Numbered from the stretch's first letter, positions 38,941 to 49,252 are shown. The stretch: 64,000 nucleotides of DNA from Candidatus Melainabacteria bacterium 17Bon1m (GCA_032128875.1 JAVLKG010000004.1:192001-256000); one strand, 5' to 3'. Notes: generated by a model from the letters alone, not told the origin. Numbers and translations are program-made.

Positions 38941-40878
38941 TTAGTTGGCGATATCCGCATCGATAATGTCGTCGTCGCCTTTGCCGCCAGCTTTGCTGGA
39001 GGACGATGACGAGCTGCTGGCATCTCCCGATGCAGCTTCCGACTCGGTTCCGCCGCCGCCTGCTCTGGCGCCTGCGGGCTGTCTTTGTGCGTCTTGTGAA
39101 ATCAAGACGAGCACGCCGCGCAGCTCTTCTAGCAACGGCTTAAGCGTGTCCGCATCGGCGCGTTGTTCGATCTTCAGGCGAATGTCGGCAATCAAGCTTT
39201 CTGCCTTGTTACGGTTGCCGCTGGTGAGAGCGTCACCGGCTTCAGTCATCTGGCGCTCCACCGTGTAGCAGAGATTGTCTGCTTCGTTTCTAGCATCAGC
39301 ACTTGCTTTTGCTTTCAAGTCTTCGGCGGCGTGACCTTCTGCATCTTTGACGAGTTTTTCGATGTCATCTTTGCTCAGGTTGGTTGAAGCCGTAATTGTG
39401 ATCTTCTGCTCTTTGCCAGTGTCTTGGTCTTTTGCTGTTACCGAAACGATGCCGTTGGCGTCGATGTCGAAAGATACTTCGATTTTCGGCATTGCGCGAG
39501 GGGCTGGTCTGATGCCATCCAGGCGGAATGTGCCGAGCATTTTGTTGTCTTTGGCCATCGGACGCTCGCCCTGGAAGATTTGAATATCCACGGCGGGCTG
39601 ATTGTCTTCTGCTGTCGAGAATACTTGCGACTTGTGGGTGGGGATGGTCGTGTTGCGCTCAACCAATTTGGTCAAGACACCGCCCATGGTTTCAATACCA
39701 AGGGAGAGTGGGGTGACGTCGAGCAGCACTACGTCACGAACTTCGCCGCCCAGTACTCCTGCTTGAATAGCGGCGCCGATTGCGACGACTTCGTCAGGGT
39801 TAACCGTTTGGTTTGGCTCTTTGCCGCCGGTCAAGCTCTTCACCAGATCTTGAACTGCAGGAATACGAGTCGAACCACCTACGAGGACAACTTCTTTCAA
39901 GTCTGAAGCTTTGAGACCGGCATCTTCCAGTGCTTGCTCAACCGGCTTGCGGCACTTCTCTACGAGGTGTCTGGTCAATTCATTGAACTTGGAGCGGGTC
40001 AAACGCATATCCAAGTGTTTGGGACCTGTCTCGTTTGCGGTGACGAAAGGCAAGGAGATTGAGCCTTCGGTTACCGAAGACAATTCGATTTTTGCTTTTT
40101 CGGCTGCTTCAGTAAGACGCTGCAAAGCTTGAGGATCTTTTCTCAAGTCGATGCCTTCGGTGCGCTGAAATTCTTCTGCCAACCAGTTAACGAGCACATG
40201 GTCGAAGTCGTCGCCGCCCAGGTGTGTGTCGCCTGCTGTGGATTGCACTTCGAAAACGCCGTCACCTACTTCGAGAATCGAGACGTCGAAAGTACCGCCG
40301 CCCAAGTCGAATACAAGGATGGTTTCGTTTTGCTTCTTATCAATACCGTATGCAAGGGCTGCAGCCGTAGGCTCGTTGATAATGCGCTGAACGTCCAGAC
40401 CGGCAATCAGACCAGCGTTCTTTGTTGACTGTCTTTGTGAGTCATTGAAGTATGCCGGAACAGTGATAACCGCTGACGTTACCTTTTCGCCCAGATATTT
40501 TTCTGCGTCTTCTTTGAGTTTGCGCAGGATTATTGAAGAGATTTCTTCAGGGGTGTAGTCCTTGTCGCCCATGACTACCTTGCAGCCACCGTCCGGGCCT
40601 TCCTTAACTTTGTAAGAGACCATTTTGCGCTCTTGTTCAACTTCGTTGAAACGGCGACCAACAAAGCGCTTGATGGAATAAACGGTGTTTTGCGGATTGA
40701 CAACTGCCTGTCTGCGAGCAAGTTGACCAACCAGGCGCTCACCTGTTTTTGACTGGGCGACCACCGATGGGGTCGTTCTCAGACCTTCCGTATTGGCAAT
40801 CACAGTAGGCTTACCGCCTTCCATCACCGCGACGACCGAGTTTGTTGTGCCGAGATCGATTCCTACAGCCTTACCCAT
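38941..40878 (-). CDS. dnaK: Chaperone DnaK (Hsp70)
   Basis: [41 protein letters not shown]; ends [11 protein letters not shown] 40878 with GGGAG RBS. Confidence 0.98.
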   Translation of the reverse strand: MGKAVGIDLGTTNSVVAVMEGGKPTVIANTEGLRTTPSVVAQSKTGERLVGQLARRQAVVNPQNTVYSIKRFVGRRFNEVEQERKMVSYKVKEGPDGGCKVVMGDKDYTPEEISSIILRKLKEDAEKYLGEKVTSAVITVPAYFNDSQRQSTKNAGLIAGLDVQRIINEPTAAALAYGIDKKQNETILVFDLGGGTFDVSILEVGDGVFEVQSTAGDTHLGGDDFDHVLVNWLAEEFQRTEGIDLRKDPQALQRLTEAAEKAKIELSSVTEGSISLPFVTANETGPKHLDMRLTRSKFNELTRHLVEKCRKPVEQALEDAGLKASDLKEVVLVGGSTRIPAVQDLVKSLTGGKEPNQTVNPDEVVAIGAAIQAGVLGGEVRDVVLLDVTPLSLGIETMGGVLTKLVERNTTIPTHKSQVFSTAEDNQPAVDIQIFQGERPMAKDNKMLGTFRLDGIRPAPRAMPKIEVSFDIDANGIVSVTAKDQDTGKEQKITITASTNLSKDDIEKLVKDAEGHAAEDLKAKASADARNEADNLCYTVERQMTEAGDALTSGNRNKAESLIADIRLKIEQRADADTLKPLLEELRGVLVLISQDAQRQPAGARAGGGGTESEAASGDASSSSSSSSKAGGKGDDDIIDADIAN

Positions 40879-41086
40879 AGTTGACTCCCTTGGACGAGAC
40901 GTTACTTCCACTGTGATACACCAGTCGCAAGCTCATTATCAGTAATGCAAGCTTTTATTTAGTAAGCTGGAAATCATAGATAAAGGTGATCCTTAAATAA
41001 GCAGTTTTAAAGCGCACGGCTGCGTCATTGAAATTGCAGGTCGAACCGGCTCTGGTCCGGATTTAAGAACCTCTGCGATATAAAAG

Positions 41087-42073
41087 CTACATTTCGACGG
41101 GCGCTTGGCCTTTCATAACTTCAAGAGTAGTTGACAGCCCATAGCCGAAAAGCACTTTGTCGGTTGTCATTTCTGATGGCAGTATGGAAATTTCTACAGT
41201 ACTGTCCGGTTCCTTATCCATGACTTCGTCAAAAATGGCACCTTTGTCCGAAAATTTCTGTTCGTCCACATGGAAAGTGCCAAAGACTTCGCCCTCATGA
41301 AGGAAAGCCAGGCACATCTCCTTTGTCGATGTTGCTGTGAGTATTGCCGTGTCGTTCTTAAGAGATTTAACCAGCGCATCGAGGTTCTTACTGTCCGCGT
41401 AGTCCTTCTCTAAGACAGGCACGCCAAGGAACATTGCCGACATAGACAAAATGATTTCGTCCGGAAGGTCATAGACTGTCAGCTTTGTCTCGGGCAGAAA
41501 GCTGTCAAGTAAAAGCATTTGAATGGCAGACTCGATCGGATATGGCTCAACCATCGGCTTTTTACCGTAGATGCATCCGACTGCTCTGCCACGGTAAAGT
41601 AAAAGAGCTCCCCGCGAAAGGCGTTCGTCGCAAATCATTTTGACGCAACCGGTTAGTTGTCCTTCCTCTAGGTCGGTAATTAATTTGCCGATATCGTAGT
41701 CGCCGGAGCGCAAGGGAGAAACCGACGAAGAGCTGAGCGGCGGCATGACAATGTCGATTGCTCTTCGCAACTTGTAAGTGCGAGGGTGTGAATCCGCCCA
41801 AACAGCAAAGGCAGTCTCCGGCTCGCTCGGCAGCCCCATCTGGACTCGCTCGGTCGTGCCGATGCGGAATGCAAACGTCATCAACGCTTGGTCTTTACTC
41901 ATACAAACAAAAGTAGCCGGCACGACTTGCCCTTCATTTAATTCTTCTTGGCATGGAAGAAACCCATCGATGCCGCTTGGAACGAGTTTGACCGTGTATC
42001 CGCCTGGCTCGGGTGTGCAGACACGACATTTGACGCTGCTACCTGCTCTCAGTACTGGGTTTTCTTCTTCCAT
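41087..42073 (-). CDS. Hypothetical protein: S1-like N-terminus plus DUF4388/PatA-N-like domains
   Basis: GSSVKCRV..GYTVKL..IDGFLP S1 pattern; LTGCVKM..GALLLYRGRAVGC; start probably ATG 42073. Confidence 0.7.
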   Translation of the reverse strand: MEEENPVLRAGSSVKCRVCTPEPGGYTVKLVPSGIDGFLPCQEELNEGQVVPATFVCMSKDQALMTFAFRIGTTERVQMGLPSEPETAFAVWADSHPRTYKLRRAIDIVMPPLSSSSVSPLRSGDYDIGKLITDLEEGQLTGCVKMICDERLSRGALLLYRGRAVGCIYGKKPMVEPYPIESAIQMLLLDSFLPETKLTVYDLPDEIILSMSAMFLGVPVLEKDYADSKNLDALVKSLKNDTAILTATSTKEMCLAFLHEGEVFGTFHVDEQKFSDKGAIFDEVMDKEPDSTVEISILPSEMTTDKVLFGYGLSTTLEVMKGQAPVEM

Positions 42074-42114
42074 TTTTGCCGGCCGTCCTTGTATCTCTCT
42101 TGATCTTTGCAAGC

Positions 42115-43158
42115 TTATTCGTGATGGCAACAATCGCCGTTTTGTCGCCCATTCCAATGTTTAACCGCGTCATCCACCAGAGCTAGATATTTTGCTCGTT
42201 CACTGTCTGTCAAAAACGAAGCGTGGAATGAATTACGTGCAAGAGTTTCCAACTCATCCTGATTCAGCTCCAGTGCGCTTTGCGCCGCTCTAAAGTTGTC
42301 CGAGACATAGCCACCGAAATAGGCAGGATCGTCCGAGTTGATTGTTGCCCTGATGCCCAACTCAAGCATCTTCTTCAAATTGTGTTGTTTTAAATGCTCA
42401 AAAACTTTCAAGCGCACATTGGAAAGCGGGCAGACAGTCAACGGCATTTGATGTTCAACCAAATGATTCGTCAAATTGGAATCTTCGAGACTTCTTACAC
42501 CGTGATCAATGCGGCTAACTTTGAGAATCTTAAGCGCTTCCCAGACATATTCCGGCGGACCTTCTTCGCCGGCATGAGCGACTGTGAGCCAGCCGTTGGC
42601 GCGCGCTTTATCGAAAACTTCCTTGAACTTTTGCGGCGGGTTGCCGACTTCTGCGGAGTCCAGTCCTACAGCGACAATACGATCGCCGTACTTGAGCGCG
42701 CTGTTGAGCGTTTGCATCGCAGACTCTGCACTTTGATCGCGCAAAAAGCACATAATCAGCTTGCTTGAAATACCGTACTTTTCTTTGCTTTCATGAGCGG
42801 CTTTGGACAAACCTTCGATAACAACCTCAAATGGAATGCCGCGTGCTGTGTGCGCTTGAGGATCGAAAAATATTTCGGCATGGACAACATTCTGTGCGTG
42901 TGCTTTTTCGAAATACGCAGCGGCAAGATCATGAAAATCCTGCTGTGTGCGTAAAACATTCATGCCCGCGTAATAAAGATCGAGAAAGGACTGCAAGTCC
43001 TGAAACTCATAAGCGGCTCTGAGTGCTTCTACGGACTGGAAAGGGACTTTGATTTTGTTGCGTTCGGCAATTGAAAAGATGAGTTCGGGCTCGAAGGTGC
43101 CTTCAATGTGAAGGTGTAGCTCTGCTTTGGGCAAAGAACCAGCCAGTTTTTCTACCAT
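42115..43158 (-). CDS. add: Adenosine/adenine deaminase
   Basis: LPKAELHLHIEG, HAGEEG, RIDHGVR, VCPLSN, NSDDPAYF; GAGGAG RBS before ATG 43158. Confidence 0.95.
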   Translation of the reverse strand: MVEKLAGSLPKAELHLHIEGTFEPELIFSIAERNKIKVPFQSVEALRAAYEFQDLQSFLDLYYAGMNVLRTQQDFHDLAAAYFEKAHAQNVVHAEIFFDPQAHTARGIPFEVVIEGLSKAAHESKEKYGISSKLIMCFLRDQSAESAMQTLNSALKYGDRIVAVGLDSAEVGNPPQKFKEVFDKARANGWLTVAHAGEEGPPEYVWEALKILKVSRIDHGVRSLEDSNLTNHLVEHQMPLTVCPLSNVRLKVFEHLKQHNLKKMLELGIRATINSDDPAYFGGYVSDNFRAAQSALELNQDELETLARNSFHASFLTDSERAKYLALVDDAVKHWNGRQNGDCCHHE

Positions 43159-43333
43159 CAAGTGCTCCTCGAAGACATGAAGTCCAAAAACTGCGCCCCA
43201 GTCAGCGTTGTCCGAGCCGAATGCAGTAGCTTTTAAATATACCGGATTCATCTTATGTTGTCTCATATCACGGCTGATATGATGGACAGGTCCGAGCGTT
43301 TGCAAGTAGAAAAGAAAACAGGTCTGGCTTTCG

Positions 43334-43822
43334 ATGAAAGTTTTGGTAGCCGTTGAAGACGAGCAGTTTTTGGGAGAGTTGAGTTCTTTTATGGCGGCGT
43401 ATCCGTGGCCGTCTGAGAGCGAGTTTCACATTTTGCATGTAGTTATGCCTGTGAAAATCGGCAGCTTTATGAGTGTTTTGCCGTCTCCTCTTTTGGAAAA
43501 CATAACAAAGGAAAGGCAAAAGGCCGGTGAGCTGATTGTCGATCAGGTAAAAAACGCTATTGATAGTGTGCAAAACAGTTCTAAGATCACTGTTGAAGTC
43601 ACAGAAGGTTTGCCGAAAGAAGAAATTTTGGATCGCGCTGTCAAACTCAAAGCATCACTGATTGTGATGGGCTCGCATAAGCGCAGCGTGAGCGATTTGA
43701 TGGTTGGAAACGTCACACAGGCGGTCGTGTCCAACGCGCCTTGCTGCGTCCTTGTTATTCCATTGCCCCACAAGAAGGGCAATGAAAAGAGCGGCGGAAA
43801 AGAGCCGCACAAGGTAATCTAA
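43334..43822 (+). CDS. Universal stress protein
   Basis: MKVLVAV, GLPKEEIL, LIVMGSH, GNVTQAVVSNAPCCVLVI. Confidence 0.92.
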   Translation: MKVLVAVEDEQFLGELSSFMAAYPWPSESEFHILHVVMPVKIGSFMSVLPSPLLENITKERQKAGELIVDQVKNAIDSVQNSSKITVEVTEGLPKEEILDRAVKLKASLIVMGSHKRSVSDLMVGNVTQAVVSNAPCCVLVIPLPHKKGNEKSGGKEPHKVI

Positions 43823-43824
43823 AA

Positions 43825-44280
43825 CTATTTGCAGACAGTTTCGCGAATAATTTCAACCGAGCACGGAGCAGTCGCTGCCACCACCCGCGATACTTCACCA
43901 AGCATATTGTGCGCACAAGTACCATGCCCCTGCGCTCCAATCAATATTCTGTCTGCACCAAATTCGATGGCACTCTCAACGATTTCCTTTTTCGGAGAGC
44001 CATCTTTTACCGTGAATTCAACGGCTAAATTCTTCGATGCGAGTTGTTTTTTCAATTTATCGCTGATTTTTTCTACGAGAGTTTTAGCAGTTTGGCGTCT
44101 TTTCTGAGTGCCTTCTTCCACGAGGGCACGCATGTCTGTGCGAGATTCACAATCAAATGGAATAGGCTCGAGCACAGTCAAAATCAAGACTTCCGTATTC
44201 TGAGGCCAATCACGTTTGACCGCGCTGTCTATTACAGCTTCGGAATAAGGTGAATCATCAACTGCAATAAGTACTTTCAC
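43825..44280 (-). CDS. Universal stress protein
   Basis: KVLIAVDDS, GSPKKEIV, ILIGAQG, LGEVSRVVAATAPCSVEII. Confidence 0.92.
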   Translation of the reverse strand: MKVLIAVDDSPYSEAVIDSAVKRDWPQNTEVLILTVLEPIPFDCESRTDMRALVEEGTQKRRQTAKTLVEKISDKLKKQLASKNLAVEFTVKDGSPKKEIVESAIEFGADRILIGAQGHGTCAHNMLGEVSRVVAATAPCSVEIIRETVCK

Positions 44281-44424
44281 ACCGGGGTCTCCAAGAAAGG
44301 CTTCAATTTATTTGTATCGCACGCAGAGTCGAAATGGCGTCATTTTGACGGATCTTTACGATGATCGACGCCAATCCGTATCAAACCAAGTCAATGCGCG
44401 CCTACCCGTGACTAAAAGCACCAT

Positions 44425-45168
44425 CTATACTAGGCCGCGGCGCATGGCTTGCACTGCTGCCTGCGTGCGATCGTCGACAGCCAGTTTATTCAGTATGTTT
44501 CGAACGTGAGTCTTTGCGGTCGCCAACGAAATCACCAACCGGTTGGCGATTTCCTGATTGCTGCAACCTTCTACCAGCAATTTGAGTACTTCCAGCTCAC
44601 GGTTGGACAAAGGCTCCGGAAGTGAAGGCAGTTCTTCGCCCTGCGAATGCCCATTCGACTCAGCGGGGGGCTCTGGTGGTTTTCTTATGGTGATATTTTT
44701 CTGGGCCGCGTAATGTGCTACGACCTTGTGTGCGATTGCAGAGTCTAGCCAGAAGTCCCCATTATGAATACTTCGAACCGCTATGTAGAGTCGGTCGGGA
44801 GCCACGTCTTTAAGACAATATCCACCCGCTCCTGCCGAAATTGCAGCAAAAATATCTTCTTCACTGTCATGAGAGGTCAGCATAATTATGCGCTGCATAG
44901 GATTTTCCGAGCAAATTTGACGCGCTGCTTCTATTCCGTCAAGCAGAGGCATACCTACGTCCATCAAGACTACATCAGGCTTTAGCTGGCGAACAAGCTC
45001 GACGGCAATGGCGCCGTTTTCTGCCTCGCCAATCACCTTAATGTCGGGTGTTCTCTCCAGCACTGTACGAAGGCCAATTCTTGTCAGAAGGTGATCTTCG
45101 ACAAGCACCACTCTTATTTCGTTCGTATTTGAGTGACCGTTTTCCATTCGCAATGTATTTAAGAACAC
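44425..45168 (-). CDS. NarL/LuxR-family response regulator
   Basis: VVLVEDH, PDVVLMDVGMP, MLTS, YCLKD; HTH LSNRELEVL..KTHVRNILNKL; alternative start ATG 45147. Confidence 0.95.
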   Translation of the reverse strand: MFLNTLRMENGHSNTNEIRVVLVEDHLLTRIGLRTVLERTPDIKVIGEAENGAIAVELVRQLKPDVVLMDVGMPLLDGIEAARQICSENPMQRIIMLTSHDSEEDIFAAISAGAGGYCLKDVAPDRLYIAVRSIHNGDFWLDSAIAHKVVAHYAAQKNITIRKPPEPPAESNGHSQGEELPSLPEPLSNRELEVLKLLVEGCSNQEIANRLVISLATAKTHVRNILNKLAVDDRTQAAVQAMRRGLV

Positions 45169-45255
45169 AGCTCTACTGGCCTTTAAGTATTATTTTGTAA
45201 CCAGGGATTGAAATTGATTTTAGTAACCGGAATGCAAGTACTTGTCTTCTAAGAA

Positions 45256-45271
45256 TCATCCTAAAGGATGA
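45256..45271. promoter_or_regulatory. Putative NarL-family 7-2-7 binding site
   Basis: Perfect inverted repeat TCATCCT-AA-AGGATGA between the NarL regulator and the sigma factor. Confidence 0.6.
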
Positions 45272-45609
45272 GCGCTATTTTGTCCTCTTGGAAGGGAAAA
45301 ATTTACCCCTGCTTGATCCATAGAGAATAGGAATTTGCGTGTACTAATCCCTATTATCCGTAAGAGTGATGGCATAGGCGTCACTCGAAAGGGTGGGTTC
45401 TACCTATACCTACGCATAAATCTTTTGATTTAGGCGGTCTTCTGACAACCGTTACGATTTAATTAAGACAGGAACGTATGTATGGTGCCATACGTCATGC
45501 TGGGTATATTGCAAATAGGAAAGAGAGAAATCGCGCTCTGGAATCGGCAAAATCCTGTCGCAGCCAGGCTCGTAGGTTACCCAAAAAGCTTACTCGATAA
45601 GTAATTTAT

Positions 45610-46629
45610 ATGAACAAAACAGGCCTTCAACCAAGACCAAAACTGAATACAACTAAAGGCAAAGGCAAGCGCGCCAACGGATCTGGGGAATATGCATTCC
45701 CGCTAGAAGCCGACTCATCCGCCTTTGAAGATCTTGGCTGGGATCCAGAAAACGATTCCACTCAAGAATCTGAGTCAGGCGAAGGCACATATATTGAAAA
45801 AGGCGATCCTAACGCCCTGTCTTTCTACTTGAAAGAAATCGGAAAACACAAGCTGCTCAAAGGGTCTGAGGAGATAGACCTGGCTCGCCGGTTAAAATCC
45901 GGTGATATGGATGCCAAAAATGCGCTTGTTAGAGCCAATCTTCGTTTGGTGGTGAGTATTGCGAAGCGGTACCGCAACCGCGGTATGTGTTTTGAGGATC
46001 TCATTCAAGAGGGAAGCGTCGGTCTCATTCGGGCCGCCGAAAAGTTTGATGCCGAGAAGGGTTTCAAGTTTTCGACCTATGCCACCTGGTGGATTCGTCA
46101 AGCCATAACTCGCGCGCTGGCAGACAAGTCGCGCACGATTAGAGTGCCAGTGCACATGATCGAAACGCGCAGCCTGGTGCGCAAAACAACCAAGATCTTC
46201 TTTGACCAACACGGAAGATTGCCCTCAATTGACGAGATAGCGGAGCTTTCCGGGCTCGAGAAAGAGAAGGTCCAAACTGCGCTTACAGCGGACAAGACCC
46301 TTGTCTCCCTTGACCTCAAGGTGGGCGAGGACCAAGATACTTCACTTTCCGAAATGATTCCGGATGAAGATAGCTCTTCACCTGACCAAAAGGTAAGCGC
46401 GCAGCTGGTTTCAAGGCAGGTAGCCAGCTTGCTCGAGCATCTCAACACCAATGAGAAAGCTCTTGTAGAGCTTCGTTACGGGCTTAAGGACGGCACGCCG
46501 CTCAGCTTGGAGCAGTGCGGACAGCGCATGGGAATGAGCCGGGAGCGTGTAAGACAGATTGAGAGCAAGGCTTTTAAGAAGTTGAGAAACAGTAAGGATC
46601 TTTTTGAGCTAAGGGACCTGTTAAATTAG
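45610..46629 (+). CDS. RNA polymerase sigma70 factor, RpoD-like (group 2-type, no clear region 1.1)
   Basis: [49 protein letters not shown]. Confidence 0.95.
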   Translation: MNKTGLQPRPKLNTTKGKGKRANGSGEYAFPLEADSSAFEDLGWDPENDSTQESESGEGTYIEKGDPNALSFYLKEIGKHKLLKGSEEIDLARRLKSGDMDAKNALVRANLRLVVSIAKRYRNRGMCFEDLIQEGSVGLIRAAEKFDAEKGFKFSTYATWWIRQAITRALADKSRTIRVPVHMIETRSLVRKTTKIFFDQHGRLPSIDEIAELSGLEKEKVQTALTADKTLVSLDLKVGEDQDTSLSEMIPDEDSSSPDQKVSAQLVSRQVASLLEHLNTNEKALVELRYGLKDGTPLSLEQCGQRMGMSRERVRQIESKAFKKLRNSKDLFELRDLLN

Positions 46630-46725
46630 TTTCGACAAGCTTCTAAAGATCAGGCCATCGGGCGAGGCAAACCGTTTTCCAAAGTGGTGTAATAGAAACC
46701 GTTTTTGGTATCCACGGAAATCCTA

Positions 46726-47055
46726 ATGACCGGTACTTCACTTAAGCCCCAGGACGCACAGCTAGTTGAGAGTGGCCTCAACTCACTCAGTCCACGTTGG
46801 ACAACTGCCATATTGATTCAGCTTTCGGGCGGCACAAGACGCACGACTCATTTGATGCGTTCTCTGCCCGGATTGTCTGCCAAGACTCTCACCGAGCGGC
46901 TGCGCAAACTGCAGAAGCTCGGTCTTGTCACACGCGAAACTTTCAGAGAAGTTCCGCCTAGAGTCGAGTACACACTTACTACCGAAGGTGAGGAAGTAGT
47001 TACTCTGCTCGGCAAGATCAAAGAAGTTTGTCCGAAGTGGGCCGACCTCGGTTAG
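46726..47055 (+). CDS. HxlR-family winged-helix regulator
   Basis: RWTTAIL, GLSAKTLTERLRKL, EVPPRVEYTLT. Confidence 0.9.
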   Translation: MTGTSLKPQDAQLVESGLNSLSPRWTTAILIQLSGGTRRTTHLMRSLPGLSAKTLTERLRKLQKLGLVTRETFREVPPRVEYTLTTEGEEVVTLLGKIKEVCPKWADLG

Positions 47056-47102
47056 AACGATTTGCCGCGTAACGGCATTTGTTCGCACTGAGAAAAGGTT
47101 GA

Positions 47103-47510
47103 CTAAGCGGATTTGCTTGAATTCTCTTCGTAAATCGAAGGGTAGATTTTGAACGTCGGCTTTATCACGGGTAGCAAGGCGAGTGCCTTGTGTACCGGTC
47201 CTTTGCTGACTATTCTTCCTTGCAGTAGTGCCACCGCAGGTGGTTCTTTTCCCAGCCAGAAATTATGTGCAACGTCTGACTTCATCGTCATCTCGACGTC
47301 TGGCACAATTCCGCATTCACCGAAATGAAAGCGCAACTCTTGCCCGTCACTTCCGTCGATTGTGAGTACACCATCCGGGTCTTTGTATTTGAATCGGACC
47401 ACAAGCTTTGAATGTAGTAATTTTCCGCTGATCTCTTCTTCTGATTTGATATACGACCACAGCCGCTCCATCACTGTATAGAGCTCGTCTGTGTTGGTGA
47501 AATATGGCAT
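47103..47510 (-). CDS. SCP2 sterol/lipid-binding domain protein
   Basis: PDVEMTMKSDVAHNFWLG..ALLQGRIVSKGP..ALAL pattern. Confidence 0.8.
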   Translation of the reverse strand: MPYFTNTDELYTVMERLWSYIKSEEEISGKLLHSKLVVRFKYKDPDGVLTIDGSDGQELRFHFGECGIVPDVEMTMKSDVAHNFWLGKEPPAVALLQGRIVSKGPVHKALALLPVIKPTFKIYPSIYEENSSKSA

Positions 47511-47567
47511 CCTAGACCCCCCTGAATATCCTAAAAAACGTGACCTCCTAAAACTACTTTACAACGC

Positions 47568-48092
47568 TTAATCCAATTCGACTATAGTTCCTGATATAGA
47601 GCCGCTCGCGATATCCAAGGTTCCCATGGTGTGTTTGGGTTGACGTCGTCTGTCCGTTGCGGATCCAGGATTGAAGAGAAGAATCCCTTCCTCCAGTGAA
47701 TTCATTGGAATATGCGAGTGTCCAAAAATGACTGCATCGGCTTGCGGGAAGAGCCTTTTCATTCTGCCTGCTCGGCCTTTACTGTCTCCAGAGTCGTGAA
47801 TAATCGCCAGCTTTACGCCATCTACCTCAATTTCCAGCTTCTCGGGCAAGTCGAGTCCGATATCGTTGTTGCCCAAAACTGCAAAGAGTGGAAGCATTTT
47901 GCTCAGATAGTCGAGAAAATCCCCGGTCAAAATGTCGCCGGCATGTATGAGCATGTCCGACTTTTCGATGATATCCAGCGCTTTTGCTGGTAGTCCTCGG
48001 GCTCTTTTAGGTATGTGAGTGTCGGCAAGGACAGCTATCTTCAAGCTCCGGTTTCCTGTTGCACTAAGTAGTGCCATTCTACCGATGGTCAC
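47568..48092 (-). CDS. YfcE/MJ0936-family metallophosphoesterase
   Basis: ADTH, HAGD, GNND, IIH, FGHSH, NPGS. Confidence 0.93.
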   Translation of the reverse strand: MTIGRMALLSATGNRSLKIAVLADTHIPKRARGLPAKALDIIEKSDMLIHAGDILTGDFLDYLSKMLPLFAVLGNNDIGLDLPEKLEIEVDGVKLAIIHDSGDSKGRAGRMKRLFPQADAVIFGHSHIPMNSLEEGILLFNPGSATDRRRQPKHTMGTLDIASGSISGTIVELD

Positions 48093-48165
48093 AAGGATTT
48101 AGGCGGAAGCGCGAAAGTCCCTGCCGCATGCCTGCAGCCAGAATGCGGCAGCCAACATATTGAGT

Positions 48166-48915
48166 CTAGCGATTAGTGACCATTTGCAGTCTGCTATTTC
48201 TGCCAGCACGATATCCGTGGCTGTCTGATAGCGGCAAATAACCTTGATTGTTGTGAGCAGGCATGGCTGCAAATGTAGTGGCGGTGATGGCGTGCGGTGG
48301 ATCAGCTATAGGCTGCATGACCGGCAATTGAGCATTCGCCATCGGGACAGCGGCTCCGGCTGCGCCTGGTGCGTATGGATTTGAGGGAGGTGTTGCAGGG
48401 ACAAAATGTTGTGTCGGTGCAAATTGTTGATGAGGGTGTTGTGGAACTTGATTGACGAGCGGTGCCGGAACATTGGTATTCAATGGCGCCGGGACGCTAT
48501 TACTGAGTGGTGCAGGAACGCTAGTGCTGATCGGAGCATGAGACGCAGGTGCGAAATCGACAGCTCTGGGTGTTCCGAAAGTAGGATGATGTCCGGGTTT
48601 GCGGTTGTGAATCGGGACGACTTTCTTGAGTCCTGAAATCAACATTTGATCCGTTTCTACTGAAGGCGTTCCTTCCAGGCCCTGAGCCGAATATTCAGAG
48701 TGGTCGGGATTGAACATCAAATAGATTCCAAATCCGAGGCTAATTCCTAGAGCACTCATGAGCATTCCGCTCACGACGTAAGTGCGCATAGGAGTCTTGG
48801 GTCTTTGAGAAAAAGAAATCGCCATCAGGTTTTCCTTACTGCCACGCGCCATTTGTGCAATGGTCGGTATCTCCGGCTTCGGGGATTCGCTGTGCGTGCT
48901 GTCGGTGTCAACCAT
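48166..48915 (-). CDS. Hypothetical single-pass membrane protein with Pro-rich repeats
   Basis: One TM; four 8-aa AP(I/L)xxxVP repeats; low-complexity tail. Confidence 0.7.
   Translation of the reverse strand: MVDTDSTHSESPKPEIPTIAQMARGSKENLMAISFSQRPKTPMRTYVVSGMLMSALGISLGFGIYLMFNPDHSEYSAQGLEGTPSVETDQMLISGLKKVVPIHNRKPGHHPTFGTPRAVDFAPASHAPISTSVPAPLSNSVPAPLNTNVPAPLVNQVPQHPHQQFAPTQHFVPATPPSNPYAPGAAGAAVPMANAQLPVMQPIADPPHAITATTFAAMPAHNNQGYLPLSDSHGYRAGRNSRLQMVTNR
48442..48537 (-). repeat. Coding tandem repeat, 4 x 24 bp
   Basis: APISTSVP/APLSNSVP/APLNTNVP/APLVNQVP. Confidence 0.75.
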
Positions 48916-49252
48916 GAATGTAACTTCTAGAACCTGGTTATCAACAGATCTTATTAAACATTTAGTTCAATCGTTGCGATAGGGGAAGAATACGAGCTTT
49001 CAGATAAAACAAAATACCTCGGTACGCAGGCTTTGCCGAACCTGAAAAACCATACGGCTGCTAGGTTTTGGGATGTGTGCTTAGGACAGCGTTTTGAAAG
49101 CTCGATTTTTGAAATGTTAAGCAAGTTAGGTGGCTCTAACGTTTGAAACACTGATGGTTGCTGAGTTTTAGCTCATTCTCGGGAGTCTCCTTCTGAGACG
49201 CAAGCTATTATGGAAGTGAAACCGACGGTGGTGGCAAATAGAGTGTTGGCGA

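Noticed and set aside
45500-45585. Partial resemblance to ydaO (c-di-AMP) or cobalamin riboswitch 3' motifs
   Set aside because: The conserved 5' elements are missing; kept only as a generic structured leader.
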